64,000 nucleotides of DNA from an uncultured Pseudomonadota bacterium (GTDB lineage: Bacteria; Pseudomonadota; Alphaproteobacteria; Rhodobacterales; Rhodobacteraceae): contig CAWIOC010000010.1 in assembly GCA_963837565.1 (NCBI GenBank), positions 6,005 to 70,004 of the forward strand, given 5' to 3'. Positions 9,810-22,704 of this stretch are shown in pieces (the stretch's first letter is position 1; every line of letters begins with the position of its first letter). The notes beneath the pieces were generated by a model, which worked only from the letters and a program-made list of their open reading frames with translations, made no database searches and was not told where the DNA came from. Position numbers and translations under genes: made by a program.

Positions 9810-9977
9810 CTACTTGATCTTGCCTTCCTTGTATTCGACATGCTGACGCACGACGGGGTCGTATTTCTTGACCGACATCTTTTCGGTCATCGTGCGGGCG
9901 TTCTTCTTGGTCACGTAGAAGTGCCCGGTGCCCGCCGTCGAGTTCAGACGGATCTTGATCGTCGTCGGCTTCGCCAT
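9810..9977 (-). CDS. rpmG: 50S ribosomal protein L33 (no Zn-ribbon Cys)
   Basis: [26 protein letters not shown]...[19 protein letters not shown]. Confidence 0.98.
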   Translation of the reverse strand: MAKPTTIKIRLNSTAGTGHFYVTKKNARTMTEKMSVKKYDPVVRQHVEYKEGKIK

Positions 9978-10097
9978 AGTCGTCTCTCCAACAGCCGGGC
10001 CAGCCGCGGCGGCCCGTGAAATCCATGAAGCCCGCCTTTTACCCGCCCGCGCGCCCGAGTCAACCGGGAAAGCACAGGAATTGCCGCAGCGTGTCCC

Positions 10098-10170
10098 CGC
10101 CTCTGGCGGAAACCAAAGCGCCTCTGGCGGAAACCAAGGCGCCTCCGGCGGAAACCAAAGCGCCTCTGGC
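10098..10170. repeat. 21-bp tandem repeat, about 3.5 copies
   Basis: CGCCTCYGGCGGAAACCAARG at 10098, 10119, 10140 and partial at 10161. Confidence 0.92.
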
Positions 10171-10181
10171 ACCGTCGCGCC

Positions 10182-10898
10182 TCAGCTCAGAACCGGCACC
10201 CCCATCGAGACATGGATCGCATCGCGCGCCGCCTTGGCGATGCCCAGCCGGGTGGCGAGCGTCGCCATGTAGGCGCGCTCCACATCGCTGTCGAGCGTGA
10301 TCGCCATCAGCGAGGCGGAATAGACCTGCGCCGCCATCGCGGGCTCGGTCGCCGCAACCAGCCCGTCCATGTCGAGCGGTGCCGCCAGCTGGGCGCGCAC
10401 ATAGGCGGTCTCATCCGGGCCCGAGGTCGAGATATGGCCCATGATCTTGGCCTTCTCGCTGTCGTCGATGCTGCCATCCGCCTTGGCCGCCTGGATCATC
10501 GCGCGGATCATCAGCTGCGCCGAGCGTTCGGCCACGGCCGAGGCTGGCGTATTGCCCAAAAGCCCGCCCATCATCTCGCCCGCGACGCCGCTGCCGGCCA
10601 CCGCGGACCCGGTCAGCGCGGTCAGAAGCCCGCCGATCCCCATCGGCGCCGCTGCCCCCGCCGTGCCCGCCATCGCGCCGCCGACCTGCTTCATCAACCC
10701 GCGCACCGCATCGGCGCCGCCCGGAATGCCCATCTTCTCGGCCATGCCGCCGAGCTGGTCCGCCATGCCGCCCGGCCCGGTCTGGCCCTGCAACATATTG
10801 CCGATCCCCGACATGCCGCCCAGCTTGTTATATTCCTGCACGCCCTTCGCCGCGGCAAAGCCCACCGCCATCGTCGCCAATGTGTTGAGAAAGCTCAT
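10182..10898 (-). CDS. DUF533/YebE (TerB-like) membrane protein
   Basis: Gly/Met-rich N-terminus; LMIRAMIQAAKADG.ID..E, QVYSASLMAI.LD. Confidence 0.85.
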   Translation of the reverse strand: MSFLNTLATMAVGFAAAKGVQEYNKLGGMSGIGNMLQGQTGPGGMADQLGGMAEKMGIPGGADAVRGLMKQVGGAMAGTAGAAAPMGIGGLLTALTGSAVAGSGVAGEMMGGLLGNTPASAVAERSAQLMIRAMIQAAKADGSIDDSEKAKIMGHISTSGPDETAYVRAQLAAPLDMDGLVAATEPAMAAQVYSASLMAITLDSDVERAYMATLATRLGIAKAARDAIHVSMGVPVLS

Positions 10899-11013
10899 CG
10901 TTCCCTCCGTCATACGGTCCCATGCGCGAACCATAGCAAGCACGCCCCGCCGCCGGGTGACGGCGTAGGTCGTATCGGCGGCATTCCGCCGAGACGGCAG
11001 AGATGAGAGAAGA

Positions 11014-11413
11014 CGCGCGGATGGCCTGTAAGCCGGATTTTGTTCAGGGGGCGTCGCCGCCCCCCTCGATGACCATTCCTCTAGGCCTGCCATTGCTGAC
11101 AGGCTCCAGCCGCCAACCCGGGCCCCCGGGCTGAAGCCTCCCTGCGATGCCGCCCTTGCGGGTCGGCCCGCGCGGGGCCCCTATTCGGCGTTGCTCCCGG
11201 TGGGGCTTGCCATGCCGGTCCTGTTGCCAGTCCCGCGGTGGGCTCTTACCCCACCGTTTCACCCTTGCCGCTGCCGAAACAGCGGCGGTCTCTTCTCTGT
11301 GGCGCTTTCCCTCGGGTTGCCCCGGCCGGGCGTTACCCGGCACCGTCGCCTCATGGAGTCCGGACTTTCCTCGCGCACCTTGCGGCACCCGCGGTCACCC
11401 GGCCATCCGCGCG
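11014..11413 (-). ncRNA. rnpB: RNase P RNA, class A
   Basis: GAGGAAAGTCCGGACTCCAT, GGGTGAAACGGTGGGGTAAGAGCCCACC, AAAATCCGGCTTA; terminal P1 helix formed by CGCGCGGATGGCC and its complement. Confidence 0.97.
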
Positions 11414-11507
11414 CGCCGAGCCTTAGGCGCAACCCGGCCCCCGGTCAAGGACACCCCCGCCTCGCGCCCAGCGTAGGGTGCGCATTCATTGCGCACCTTT
11501 GGCGCCC

Positions 11508-12190
11508 TCACTCCGCACCGCTCGCGCCCCGCACCGCCGGCCAGCGCCGCGCCAACCCCGCCACGATCCCCGCATCCACCGCATCGAGCGGCCCCACAGC
11601 CCAGGGCCGGAACCGCAACCGCACCGCCTGCAACAGCAGCGCGTCCGACACATCAGGATAGCCGAAGGCCAGCGCATCCGCGCTGAACCGCGCGACATCG
11701 CCGAGGTCCCCCTCGGGCCAGACCGACAGCCCCTGCAAGCGCCAGCCGGCGCCAGTCGAACCTCGGGCCCGGATCGACCTTGCGCTCGGGCGCCATGTCG
11801 GAATGCGCGATCACCGCTTCCGGGGCGACGCCCCAGCGCGCCATGATCCCGCCCAGCAGACGCCTCCAGCGCGCGCATCTGCGGCTCGGGAAAGGCATGC
11901 CGCGCCGTATTCGCCAGCTCGATCCCGATCGAGCGCGAATTGACGTCGCCCAGGCCCCCCCAGGACCCCGCCCCGGCATGCCAGGCGCGCATCTCCTCCG
12001 GCACCAGCCGCACCACCGCGCCGGTCTCCGAGATCACATAATGTGCCGAAACTTCCGAGGCCGGATCACAGAGCAGCGCCACCGCCGCTTCCGTCGTCTC
12101 CATCCCGGTATAGTGGAGCACCACCATCGCGGGGCGCGCGCCGCCCCGCCGTTCACCGCAATTCGGCGAGAGGTGGTCAACGATGGTCAT
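11508..12190 (-). CDS. N-acetylmuramoyl-L-alanine amidase (AmpD/Amidase_2), frameshifted
   Basis: VVLHYTGM, VSAHY, RAWHAG, NSRSIGIE, HSDMAPERKVDPG, RLRFRP. Confidence 0.9.
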
Positions 12191-12213
12191 GCCACCCGCG
12201 CCACCCCGTTGGC

Positions 12214-12828
12214 TTACCTGGCCGCCGCGCGGAACGGTGCCGGATCCCAGTCGCAGGCAAATCCGTCGCCATCCGGGTCCAGCCCCTTGGGATCGCGCTG
12301 CGGTCCGCCGGAGTTGAGAAACGCCATCTGCGCCAGATCGGGCGAGGTATAGCGCGCACAGGCCCGCGCCGGATCGCCGCCGATGATGCTGAACCGGGTA
12401 TAGATCTTCTCGCCGACCGCATTGGTCGTGCTCAGCGCATATTCCGCAAGGTTCGGTCCGTCATTGCCCGGCCGTGCCGGCAGCGCCGATGGCTGGATCA
12501 CCTGATATTGCGCGCGCTGCTGCGCCAGCAATTCCTTGTCGGCCTCGATCGAGCGCGCCGATTTCACCGCAGCGAAGTTCTGCTCCTGCGAAATCGCGCT
12601 CTTGTCCTGGAACTCCAGCTCGCTCTGCACCGGGGCGATGCCCTCTGGGGCCGCCCCGCCGCGCGGCCGGTTCGGGTCAAGCCCGTCGACCGTGGCCGAA
12701 CTCGAACTCGACCCCGGCGCCGCGTTACGGATGTAGGAATTATAATCCTGCCCTCCAGCAGAATCAGGCACCCGCGGTCCGCAGGACACCAAAGCAAGAA
12801 CCGCCAATACCGGAACAACCAGCCGCAT
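12214..12828 (-). CDS. Lipoprotein with C-terminal excalibur-like Ca-binding motif
   Basis: Lipobox LVSC; AQMAFL..GGP..DP.GLDPDGDGFAC. Confidence 0.75.
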   Translation of the reverse strand: MRLVVPVLAVLALVSCGPRVPDSAGGQDYNSYIRNAAPGSSSSSATVDGLDPNRPRGGAAPEGIAPVQSELEFQDKSAISQEQNFAAVKSARSIEADKELLAQQRAQYQVIQPSALPARPGNDGPNLAEYALSTTNAVGEKIYTRFSIIGGDPARACARYTSPDLAQMAFLNSGGPQRDPKGLDPDGDGFACDWDPAPFRAAAR

Positions 12829-12863
12829 CGTATAACCCCCGCCGCGCATCCAGACCGCGCCCC

Positions 12864-14359
12864 TTACCACCATTTTTGCGGCTTGGAAACGAATCCTGCC
12901 GCCTGTTCAAGCACGTAGGCGTGATTCAGCAACGCCCCTTCTTCCCAGGGCCGTCCGATCAGTTGCAGCGCCATTGGCAGCCCCTGCCGGCTCAGCCCGG
13001 TCGGAACCGCAACGCCCGGAAGGCCCGCAAGGTTCACTGTCACGGTAAAAACATCGTTCAGATACATCTCCACCGGGTCCGCATCCGCCATTTCGCCCAG
13101 ACCGAAGGCCGCCGAAGGCGTGGCCGGCGTCAGGATCGCGTCGATCCCCGCCGCGAAGGCCAGATCGAAATCCCGCTTGATCAAGCGCCCGCACCTTCCG
13201 CGCGCGGTTGTAATAGGCGTCATAGAAGCCTGCCGACAGCACATAGGTGCCGATCATCACCCGGCGCTGCACTTCCTTGCCAAAGCCCTCGGCGCGGGTC
13301 TTCTCATACATCTCGGTGATGCCATCGCCCTGCGCGAGCTTCGCCCGGTGGCCATAGCGCACCCCGTCATAGCGCGCGAGGTTTGACTGGATGCCTCGGC
13401 CGGCGCGATCACGTAATAGGCCGGCAAGGCATATTTCGTATGCGGCAGGCTGATATCGACGATCTCGGCGCCTGCGTCCTTCAACATGGCGCGGCCCTCG
13501 GCCCAGAGCGTCTCGATCTCGTCCGGCATCCCCTCCATGCGATATTCGCGCGGAATGCCGATCTTCTTGCCGCGGATATCGCCGGTCAAAGCGGCCTCGA
13601 AATCCGGCACCGGAATGTCGGCGCTGGTCGAATCCTTCGTCATCCGCCCCAGCCATCGCGCCGAGCAGGATCGCCGCATCGCGCACCGACTTGGTCATCG
13701 GCCCGGCCTGATCGAGCGATGAGGCGAAGGCCACGATCCCCCAGCGGCTGACCCGGCCATAGGTCGGCTTGATCCCGACGATGCCGGTAAAGGCCGCCGG
13801 CTGGCGGATCGAGCCGCCGGTATCCGTCCCGGTCGCGCCAAGGCACAGATCCGCCGCCACCGCACTGGCCGACCCGCCCGAAGACCCGCCCGGCGTCAGC
13901 GGCGTCGCATCATTGCCGCGCCGCCAGGGGTTCACCACATTGCCATAGCACGAGGTCTCGTTCGACGAGCCCATCGCGAACTCATCCATGTTCAGCTTGC
14001 CCAGCATCACCGCGCCCGCGCCGAACAGCTTGGCCGTCACGGTCGACTCGTATTCCGGCCTGAAGCCCTTGAGGATGTTCGACGCCGCCTGCGACGGCAC
14101 CCCCTTGGTGCAGAACAGATCCTTGATGCCCAGCGGTATCCCGCAGAGATCCGGCGCATCCCCCGCCGCGATCCGCGCATCCGCCGCCTTGGCCTGCGCC
14201 AGCGCGATCTCGGGCGTCTTGTGGACAAAGGCGTTCAGCCCGTCGCCCGCATCCATCGCCGCCATGCAGGCCATCGTCAGGTCGACCGCCGTGACCTCGC
14301 CCTTGCGCAGCGCAGTCCCGCGCCGCGGCAATCGTCCAGCTGTTCAATGCCTCGCTCAC
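12864..14359 (-). CDS. gatA: Asp/Glu-tRNA amidotransferase subunit A, several frameshifts
   Basis: [52 protein letters not shown] start at 14359. Confidence 0.95.
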
Positions 14360-14369
14360 CGCCCTGCCC

Positions 14370-14657
14370 TCATTCGACAACCTTGGGCACCGCGAAGAAG
14401 CCCTCGCGCGCATCCGGCGCATTCGCCAGAACCGCGGCCTGATAGCCGCCGTCCGTCACCACATCCGCCCGCCGCTTCAGCCGCATCGGCGTCACGCTGG
14501 TCATCGGCTCGATGCCCTCCACGTCAACCTCGTTCAGCTGTTCCATGAAGGCCACGATCCCGTACAGCTCACCCGCCAGCGCGGCCAGGTCGGCCTCTTC
14601 GACCCGGATCCGCGCCAGATGCGCGACACGCCGTGCGGTATCAATGTCGATGGCCAT
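14370..14657 (-). CDS. gatC: Asp/Glu-tRNA amidotransferase subunit C
   Basis: VAHLARI...VLANAPDAREGFFAVPKVVE, upstream of gatA. Confidence 0.96.
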   Translation of the reverse strand: MAIDIDTARRVAHLARIRVEEADLAALAGELYGIVAFMEQLNEVDVEGIEPMTSVTPMRLKRRADVVTDGGYQAAVLANAPDAREGFFAVPKVVE

Positions 14658-14691
14658 GTGTCATCTCTCCTTTGCAGGGGTTCCGGCCCGT

Positions 14692-15351
14692 TTAGCCGCC
14701 CACGCGCGGCGCTGCAAGCATCTGGCGGCGCAGCGCCTCGATCATCCAGCCCAGCATCAGCGCATTGATCAGATGCCACAGGAAATGCGTCCCCTCGGGC
14801 CAGATCGGGCAAAGCGGCATATCCTCGGCCCGCGCCCAGATCGACAGCGCAAGCAACCCCGCCCCCACCGCCATGCCGCCCGCGAAGCGCGGCGCGCGCC
14901 GCGCCAGCGCCGCCGCGTAAAGCCAGATCAGCAGATCGACCGAGGCATAGCCGGCCGAGCCGCCCAGACCCGGCAGCAGCCGCGCCAGCACCGGCGTGGC
15001 GACCGCCGCATAGGGCACCACCAGCAGGACCCCCACCCCGGCCCAGAGCCGCGCCATCCCCCAGACCGCGCGGTTCACCGCGAAGACATAGATCAGGATG
15101 AAGCCCAGGATCGGCAGCACATCCGCCAGCGCCGCCCAGCGCGCAGCCACCGTATGAAACAGCCCGGACCCGAGGCCGATCGCCGCCAGCACCCCGCACA
15201 ACAGCCGGGGCAGCGCCAGCCCCCGCAGCCGCGGCCAGAGCAGCGCCGCCGCGATCAGAAAGGCCAGATTCGTCACCGCATTCAGCGGTTCGGCCCAAAG
15301 CCCCGGCCCCAGCCGCTCGCAATATCCGTCAACCGCCGAGGCCCAGCTCAT
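14692..15351 (-). CDS. Ceramidase-domain (CREST superfamily) membrane hydrolase
   Basis: YCER..GLWAEPLNAVTN, GSGLFH, GTHFLWH motifs; multiple TM segments. Confidence 0.82.
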   Translation of the reverse strand: MSWASAVDGYCERLGPGLWAEPLNAVTNLAFLIAAALLWPRLRGLALPRLLCGVLAAIGLGSGLFHTVAARWAALADVLPILGFILIYVFAVNRAVWGMARLWAGVGVLLVVPYAAVATPVLARLLPGLGGSAGYASVDLLIWLYAAALARRAPRFAGGMAVGAGLLALSIWARAEDMPLCPIWPEGTHFLWHLINALMLGWMIEALRRQMLAAPRVGG

Positions 15352-15424
15352 TTCCGCACGCCCCCCATTCCCTTCGCCGCGTCGCGCCCTAAACTAGGGC
15401 CCAGACAACCACAGGAGACCTCCC

Positions 15425-16120
15425 ATGAACATCACCTGGCTCGGCCATTCCGGCTTCCGCATCGAGATCGAGGGCGCCGTCCTGCTGATCGACCCCTGGC
15501 TGACCGGCAACCCGATGTTCCCGGCAGACCGCCGCGCCGAGGCAATCAAGGGCGCCACCCATATCGTGCTGACCCACGGCCACGGCGACCATACCGCCGA
15601 CGGCGTCGCGCTCGCGAAAGAGCTCAACCTGCCGCTGGTCGGCATCTATGACCTGATCGCCTGGTGGCAGGGCAAGGAAGGCGTGCAGGGCATAGGCTTC
15701 AACAAGGGCGGCACGGTCGATCTGAACGGCGCCAGGGTGACCATGGTGAACGCCACCCATTCCTCCTCGGTCGCGGCCGCCGACGGCACGCCGATCTATG
15801 CCGGCCACGAATCGGGCTACATCATCGCCGGCGACGGCCACACGATCTATCTTTCGGGCGATACCGATGTGATGGCCGACATGGGCATCTTTCAGGCGCT
15901 GCACCACCCCGATATCGGCATCCTCTGCGCCGGCGGCCATTTCACCATGGACATGAAGCGCGCGGCCTATGCGGCCAAGACCTTCTTCAGCTTCAAGACC
16001 GTGATCCCCTGCCACTACCGCACCTTCCCGCTGCTGGAACAGAACGCCGATCTGCTGAAGGCCGAACTGCCCGGCGTCAAGGTCATCGAGCCCGAGGTGC
16101 TGGAGCCGATCAAGTTCTGA
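15425..16120 (+). CDS. Metallo-beta-lactamase-fold hydrolase (UPF0173)
   Basis: WLGHSGF, IDPWL, THGHGDH, SGDT, PCHY. Confidence 0.9.
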   Translation: MNITWLGHSGFRIEIEGAVLLIDPWLTGNPMFPADRRAEAIKGATHIVLTHGHGDHTADGVALAKELNLPLVGIYDLIAWWQGKEGVQGIGFNKGGTVDLNGARVTMVNATHSSSVAAADGTPIYAGHESGYIIAGDGHTIYLSGDTDVMADMGIFQALHHPDIGILCAGGHFTMDMKRAAYAAKTFFSFKTVIPCHYRTFPLLEQNADLLKAELPGVKVIEPEVLEPIKF

Positions 16121-16312
16121 TCCCGCGCCCCCTTGGCGCGGGGGCGACCAGCCCCCGCGCCGCGCCCGACCCTCCCCCCGGGAGGGCGCATTGCACCGTC
16201 GCCAGATCAGCACAACGCCGGGGATACCTGACGCCATAAACCGCCCCGCTCAGCCGCCCCAAGGCGCCCCCCCAGGCTCGGGCGCGGCCCGACCCGCGGG
16301 CCCCGGACAGAC

Positions 16313-16769
16313 CTACTCCCGCTTCCCCGCAAAGAACGCCCGCAGCAGATCGCCCGCCTCATCCCCGCCGATCCCGTCATAGACCTCGGGCACATGATGG
16401 CACTGCGGATGCGCGAACACCCGCGGCCCCTGCGCCACCCCGCCCGATTTCGGGTCCGCCGCGCCGTAATAGAGCCGCGCCACCCGCGCCTGCGAAATGG
16501 CGCTCGCGCACATCGGACAGGGCTCCAGCGTCACATAGAGATCGCAGCCCAGCAGCCGCTCCGACCCCAGCACCGCACAGGCCGCCCGGATCGCCAGAAT
16601 CTCGGCATGCGCCGTGGGGTCGGCCAGCTCGCGCACCCGGTTGCCCGCCCGCGCCAGCACCGCGCCCCGGGCCCGAGACGATCACCGCCCCCACCGGCAC
16701 CTCGCCGCGCGCGCCCGCCGCCCGCGCCTCGGCCAGCGCCGCCTCCATATGGCTCACAAATCCGCTCAT
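16313..16769 (-). CDS. tadA: tRNA adenosine deaminase, frameshift near 16670
   Basis: GEVPVGAV, DPTAHAE, TLEPCPMC. Confidence 0.9.
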
Positions 16770-16844
16770 CGCCCCGTCATGCCCGGCGCCCGCAGCCCAC
16801 GCAAGCCGCTTTCGCCCCGCCCCGTTTGGCGCTAGGAAGGCGCG

Positions 16845-18106
<1,262 letters not shown>

Positions 18107-18195
18107 TCCCGCCGCCCCGGCCACTTGCGGCTTCCGAAACCACCGCCCCTGTCCTATATTCCCTGCGCTGACTGACCATCGCCTGGGGGGGCCAG

Positions 18196-18279
18196 ATGAC
18201 CAACACCGGCCTGCAGAAGCTCGCCTTCTTCCTGCTCATGGCGCTCATGGTCTATGTCGCCGTGACGGGGGGTGCCTGA
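18196..18279 (+). CDS. 27-aa single-TM small protein (absent from the ORF track)
   Basis: MTNTGLQKLAFFLLMALMVYVAVTGGA; G-rich RBS, GC3-rich codons, TGATG overlap with the next gene. Confidence 0.7.
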   Translation: MTNTGLQKLAFFLLMALMVYVAVTGGA

Positions 18280-19172
18280 TGGCCGAACGGTTCGGCGGCA
18301 AATACAGCCCGGAAAATTCCCGCACCGAGGGGGCGCCAGACCCGCATCCCTTCGACGGCGCGCGCCGCGCCCGCGCCGGCGGCCGGGTCAACGCGCTCTT
18401 CATCGTGCCGCTGATCTTCGCGCTGACCGCCTTCCGGCAGTCGCCCGCGGGCCTCGCGCTCGACCTTGCCGCCTGCGGCACGCTGCTCTTCGCCGCCTGG
18501 CTGACGCGCGAAGGCACGCTGGCGCAAGAGGCTTACGAGGCCCGCACGATCTCGCGCCGCCCCGCCTTCCCGCGCAAGATCGCGGGCTCGCTGCTGACCG
18601 GCGCGGGCCTCGCCCTTGGCGGCATCGGCCACGGCCTGCTGGCCCCGCTGATCTTCGGCATCCTCGGCGCCGTGCTGCACTTTGCGGCCTTCGGCCCCGA
18701 CCCGATGCGCGACAAGGGCATGGCCGGCATCGACCCGTTCCAGACCGACCGTGTCGCCCGCGCCGTGACCGACGCCGAAACCTACCTGACCGCGATGAAA
18801 GAGGCGATCCGCCGCACCGCAGACCGCCCGCTGGAAGCGCAGGTCGACAGCCTTCATCGCCACCGCCCGGCAGATGTTCCGCACCGTCGAATCCGATCCC
18901 GCGCGATCTGACCGCGGCGCGCAAATACCTCGGCGTCTATCTGATGGGCGCCTCCGACGCGACGGCGAACTTCGCCCAGCGTCTATGCCCAGGGCCGCGA
19001 CCCCAGGGCGCGGGCCGATTACGCCGCCCTTCTCACCGATCTGCAAAGCAATTTCTCGACCCAGACGCAGGCGCTTCTGGCCAATGACAAGACCAATCTC
19101 GACATCCAGATCGACGTGCTGCGCCAGCGCCTGCAACAGGAAGGCATCCGCCCCGACAGCGGCACCGCCTGA
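18279..19172 (+). CDS. XpaC family (5-bromo-4-chloroindolyl phosphate hydrolysis) membrane protein, frameshifted
   Basis: TM N-terminus with PRKIAGS, FGPDPMRDKG, ARKYLGVYLMGA, LDIQIDVLRQRL; upstream of telA. Confidence 0.8.
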
Positions 19173-19211
19173 CCCCGACCCACGCATAACCCGTTCCCGA
19201 AAGGACAGACG

Positions 19212-20421
19212 ATGACCGACGAGACCGCGCCCCAAGCAGCGACCCCGATCACCGCCGAACTCAGTGCCGAGATCAGGGATGTAACCGCCAACGTCCTGCC
19301 CGAGGCCAAAGCCGAGCTCGTGCCCCTCGACAAGGCCCCCGCCGCCGCAGGCCGAGGCGATCCGCAAGCGCATGGCAGAGATCGACCTGACCAACACCCA
19401 GTCGATCATCGCCTTCGGCGCCTCGGCCCAGACCGAGCTGACGACGATCTCGTCTTCCATGCTGGAAGACGTGCGCAACAAGGACGTCGGCCCCGCCGGC
19501 GATGCGCTGCGCTCGATCGTCGCCTCGATCCGCGGCTTTTCGGTCACCGAACTGGACGTGCGCCGCAAGCGCAGCCTGTGGGAACGCCTCACCGGCTCCG
19601 CCGCGCCCTTCGCCAAATTCGTCGCACGCTATCGAGACCGTGCAGGGCCAGATCGACAAGGTCACCAACGAGCTCGACATGCATCAGCACAAGCTGCTGA
19701 TCGACATCAAATCGCTCGACGTGCTCTACGAGAAGACCCTGACCTTCTATGACGAGCTTGCCCTCTACATCGCCGCGGGCGAGGCGAAACTGGCGGAGCT
19801 CGACGCCACCACCATCCCCGCGAAAGAGGCCGAGGTCAAGGCCGCCCCGGAAGACGATCAGGTCATGGACGCGCAGGAGTTGCGCGACCTGCGCGCCGCG
19901 CGCGACGATCTCGAGCGCCGGGTCTATGACCTGAAGCTGACCCGTCAGGTGACGATGCAATCCCTGCCCTCGATCCGGCTGGTGCAGGAGAATGACAAGA
20001 GCCTTGTCACCAAGATCAACTCGACGCTGGTCAACACCGTGCCGCTGTGGGAAACCCAGCTGGCGCAGGCGGTGACCATCCAGCGCTCGCGCGAGGCGGC
20101 AGAGGCGGTCAAGGCCGCCAATGACCTGACCAATGAACTGCTCACCGCGAACGCGCAGAACCTGCAGGACGCCAACCGCGTCGTGCGCCAGCAGATCGAA
20201 CGCGGCGTCTTCGACATCGAGGCGGTGCAGAAGGCCAATGACACCTCGATCGCCACGATCAACGAAAGCCTGCAGATCGCCGACGAAGGCCGCGCCCGCC
20301 GCGCCGACCGCCGAGGGCCAGCTGGACAAAGATGCAGAACGACCTGCGCGACACGCTCGCCGCCGCCAAGGCGCGCAAGCCGGCGCGGCGCCGGCGACCG
20401 ACTGCAGAACGCGGGGGCTGA
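19212..20421 (+). CDS. telA: TelA toxic anion resistance protein, frameshifted
   Basis: SIIAFGASAQ, VRNKDVGPAG, LERRVYDLKLTRQV..QSLPSIRLVQEND, NTVPLWETQL. Confidence 0.88.
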
Positions 20422-20439
20422 CGCGAGCCGCCCGCCCGC

Positions 20440-21400
20440 TTCGGCCCCGCGCCGCATCCTCGCCGCCACGGCCCTCGCCCTCCTGCGCCTCGCTGCGCGG
20501 CCTTCGGCCCGCCCGTGCCCGCGCCGATGCCGGACGCGACGGCGGGCCTGCCGCCGCCGGACCCGCAGCGCCGCCCTGTCCGCCGACAGCGCGGCGCTGC
20601 GCGTCTATTACGCACGGCTGCAGGCAATCCATGCTGGACCGGGGCCTGCTGCGCACCGATGGCGGCGGGCCCGACGCGCCCTATGATGCCCGCATCCTGG
20701 CGCAGGATTTCATCCGCATCGCGCTCTGGGATGAATACGCACCCGCAGCTCCGGCCCCGCCGTGGCGCGCCAGACGCCCGACCATCTGCGCCGCTGGGCC
20801 GGCCCGATCCGGATGTCGCTGAGCTTCGGCCCGACCGTGCCGCGAGGCCGAACAGGCACGGCCGACACGGCCTCCGTCACCCCTATGCCGCCCGCCTGTG
20901 CGCGCCTGACCGGACTGCCGATCACGGATCGGCGATCGGAGCCCGCGAATTTCCACGTCCTCGTCCTGAACGAGGATGAACGCCGCGCCATTGCCCCCGA
21001 GCTTCGCCGCCTGATCCCCGGCATCGGCGCGGATACGGTGCAGACCATCACTGACCATGCCGCGTCTCGACCTATTGCCTCGCCTTCGCCTTCTCCCAGC
21101 CGGGCAGCTACGACCATGACCCGGCCGTGGCCGTGATCCGCGGCGAGCATCCCGACCTGATGCGCTGGCCTGCTATCACGAGGAACTGGCCCAGGCCCTC
21201 GGCCCCGCCAATGACAGCCCCGCGGCCCGGCCCTCGATCTTCAACGACGATCAGGAATATGCCCTGCTGACCACGCAGGACGCCCATATGCTGCGCATGC
21301 TTTACGATCCCCGCCTGCGCCCCGGCATGACGCCTGCCAGGCCGAACCCGTCGCGTGCATCGCCATCGCGCTGCAGGAGACTCGTGGCCCGAACACGCCG
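20440..21400 (+). CDS. DUF2927 probable lipoprotein, heavily frameshifted; ends approximate
   Basis: LRTDGGGPD, FIRIALWDEY, CYHEELAQALG.ANDS..ARPSIFNDDQE, MLYDPRLRPGM. Confidence 0.75.
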
Positions 21401-21561
21401 CATGACGCTCGCGCGCCGCCATGACCGCGCCGCCGCCGTGGGCTGCGTGGTCCGGATCGCACGCGCCGCCAATGCCTATGATGCTGGCGCAACCTCCCGC
21501 CCATCGCGGCAGCGCACTGGCTCCCCGTCTTCAACTTCCGAACGGCAAGGCCTGATCGATC

Positions 21562-22701
<1,140 letters not shown>

Positions 22702-22704
22702 TCC

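Noticed and set aside
10098..10170. Possible CRISPR array
   Set aside because: Units are contiguous with no unique spacers, and there are no cas genes
11044..11661. ORFs overlapping 11.0-11.4 kb
   Set aside because: The region is the RNase P RNA gene
12864..14359. gatA (also purC, tadA, hisN, opgH) as pseudogenes or programmed frameshifts
   Set aside because: Essential or conserved genes with scattered single-base indels and no slippery-site pattern; sequencing error is more parsimonious
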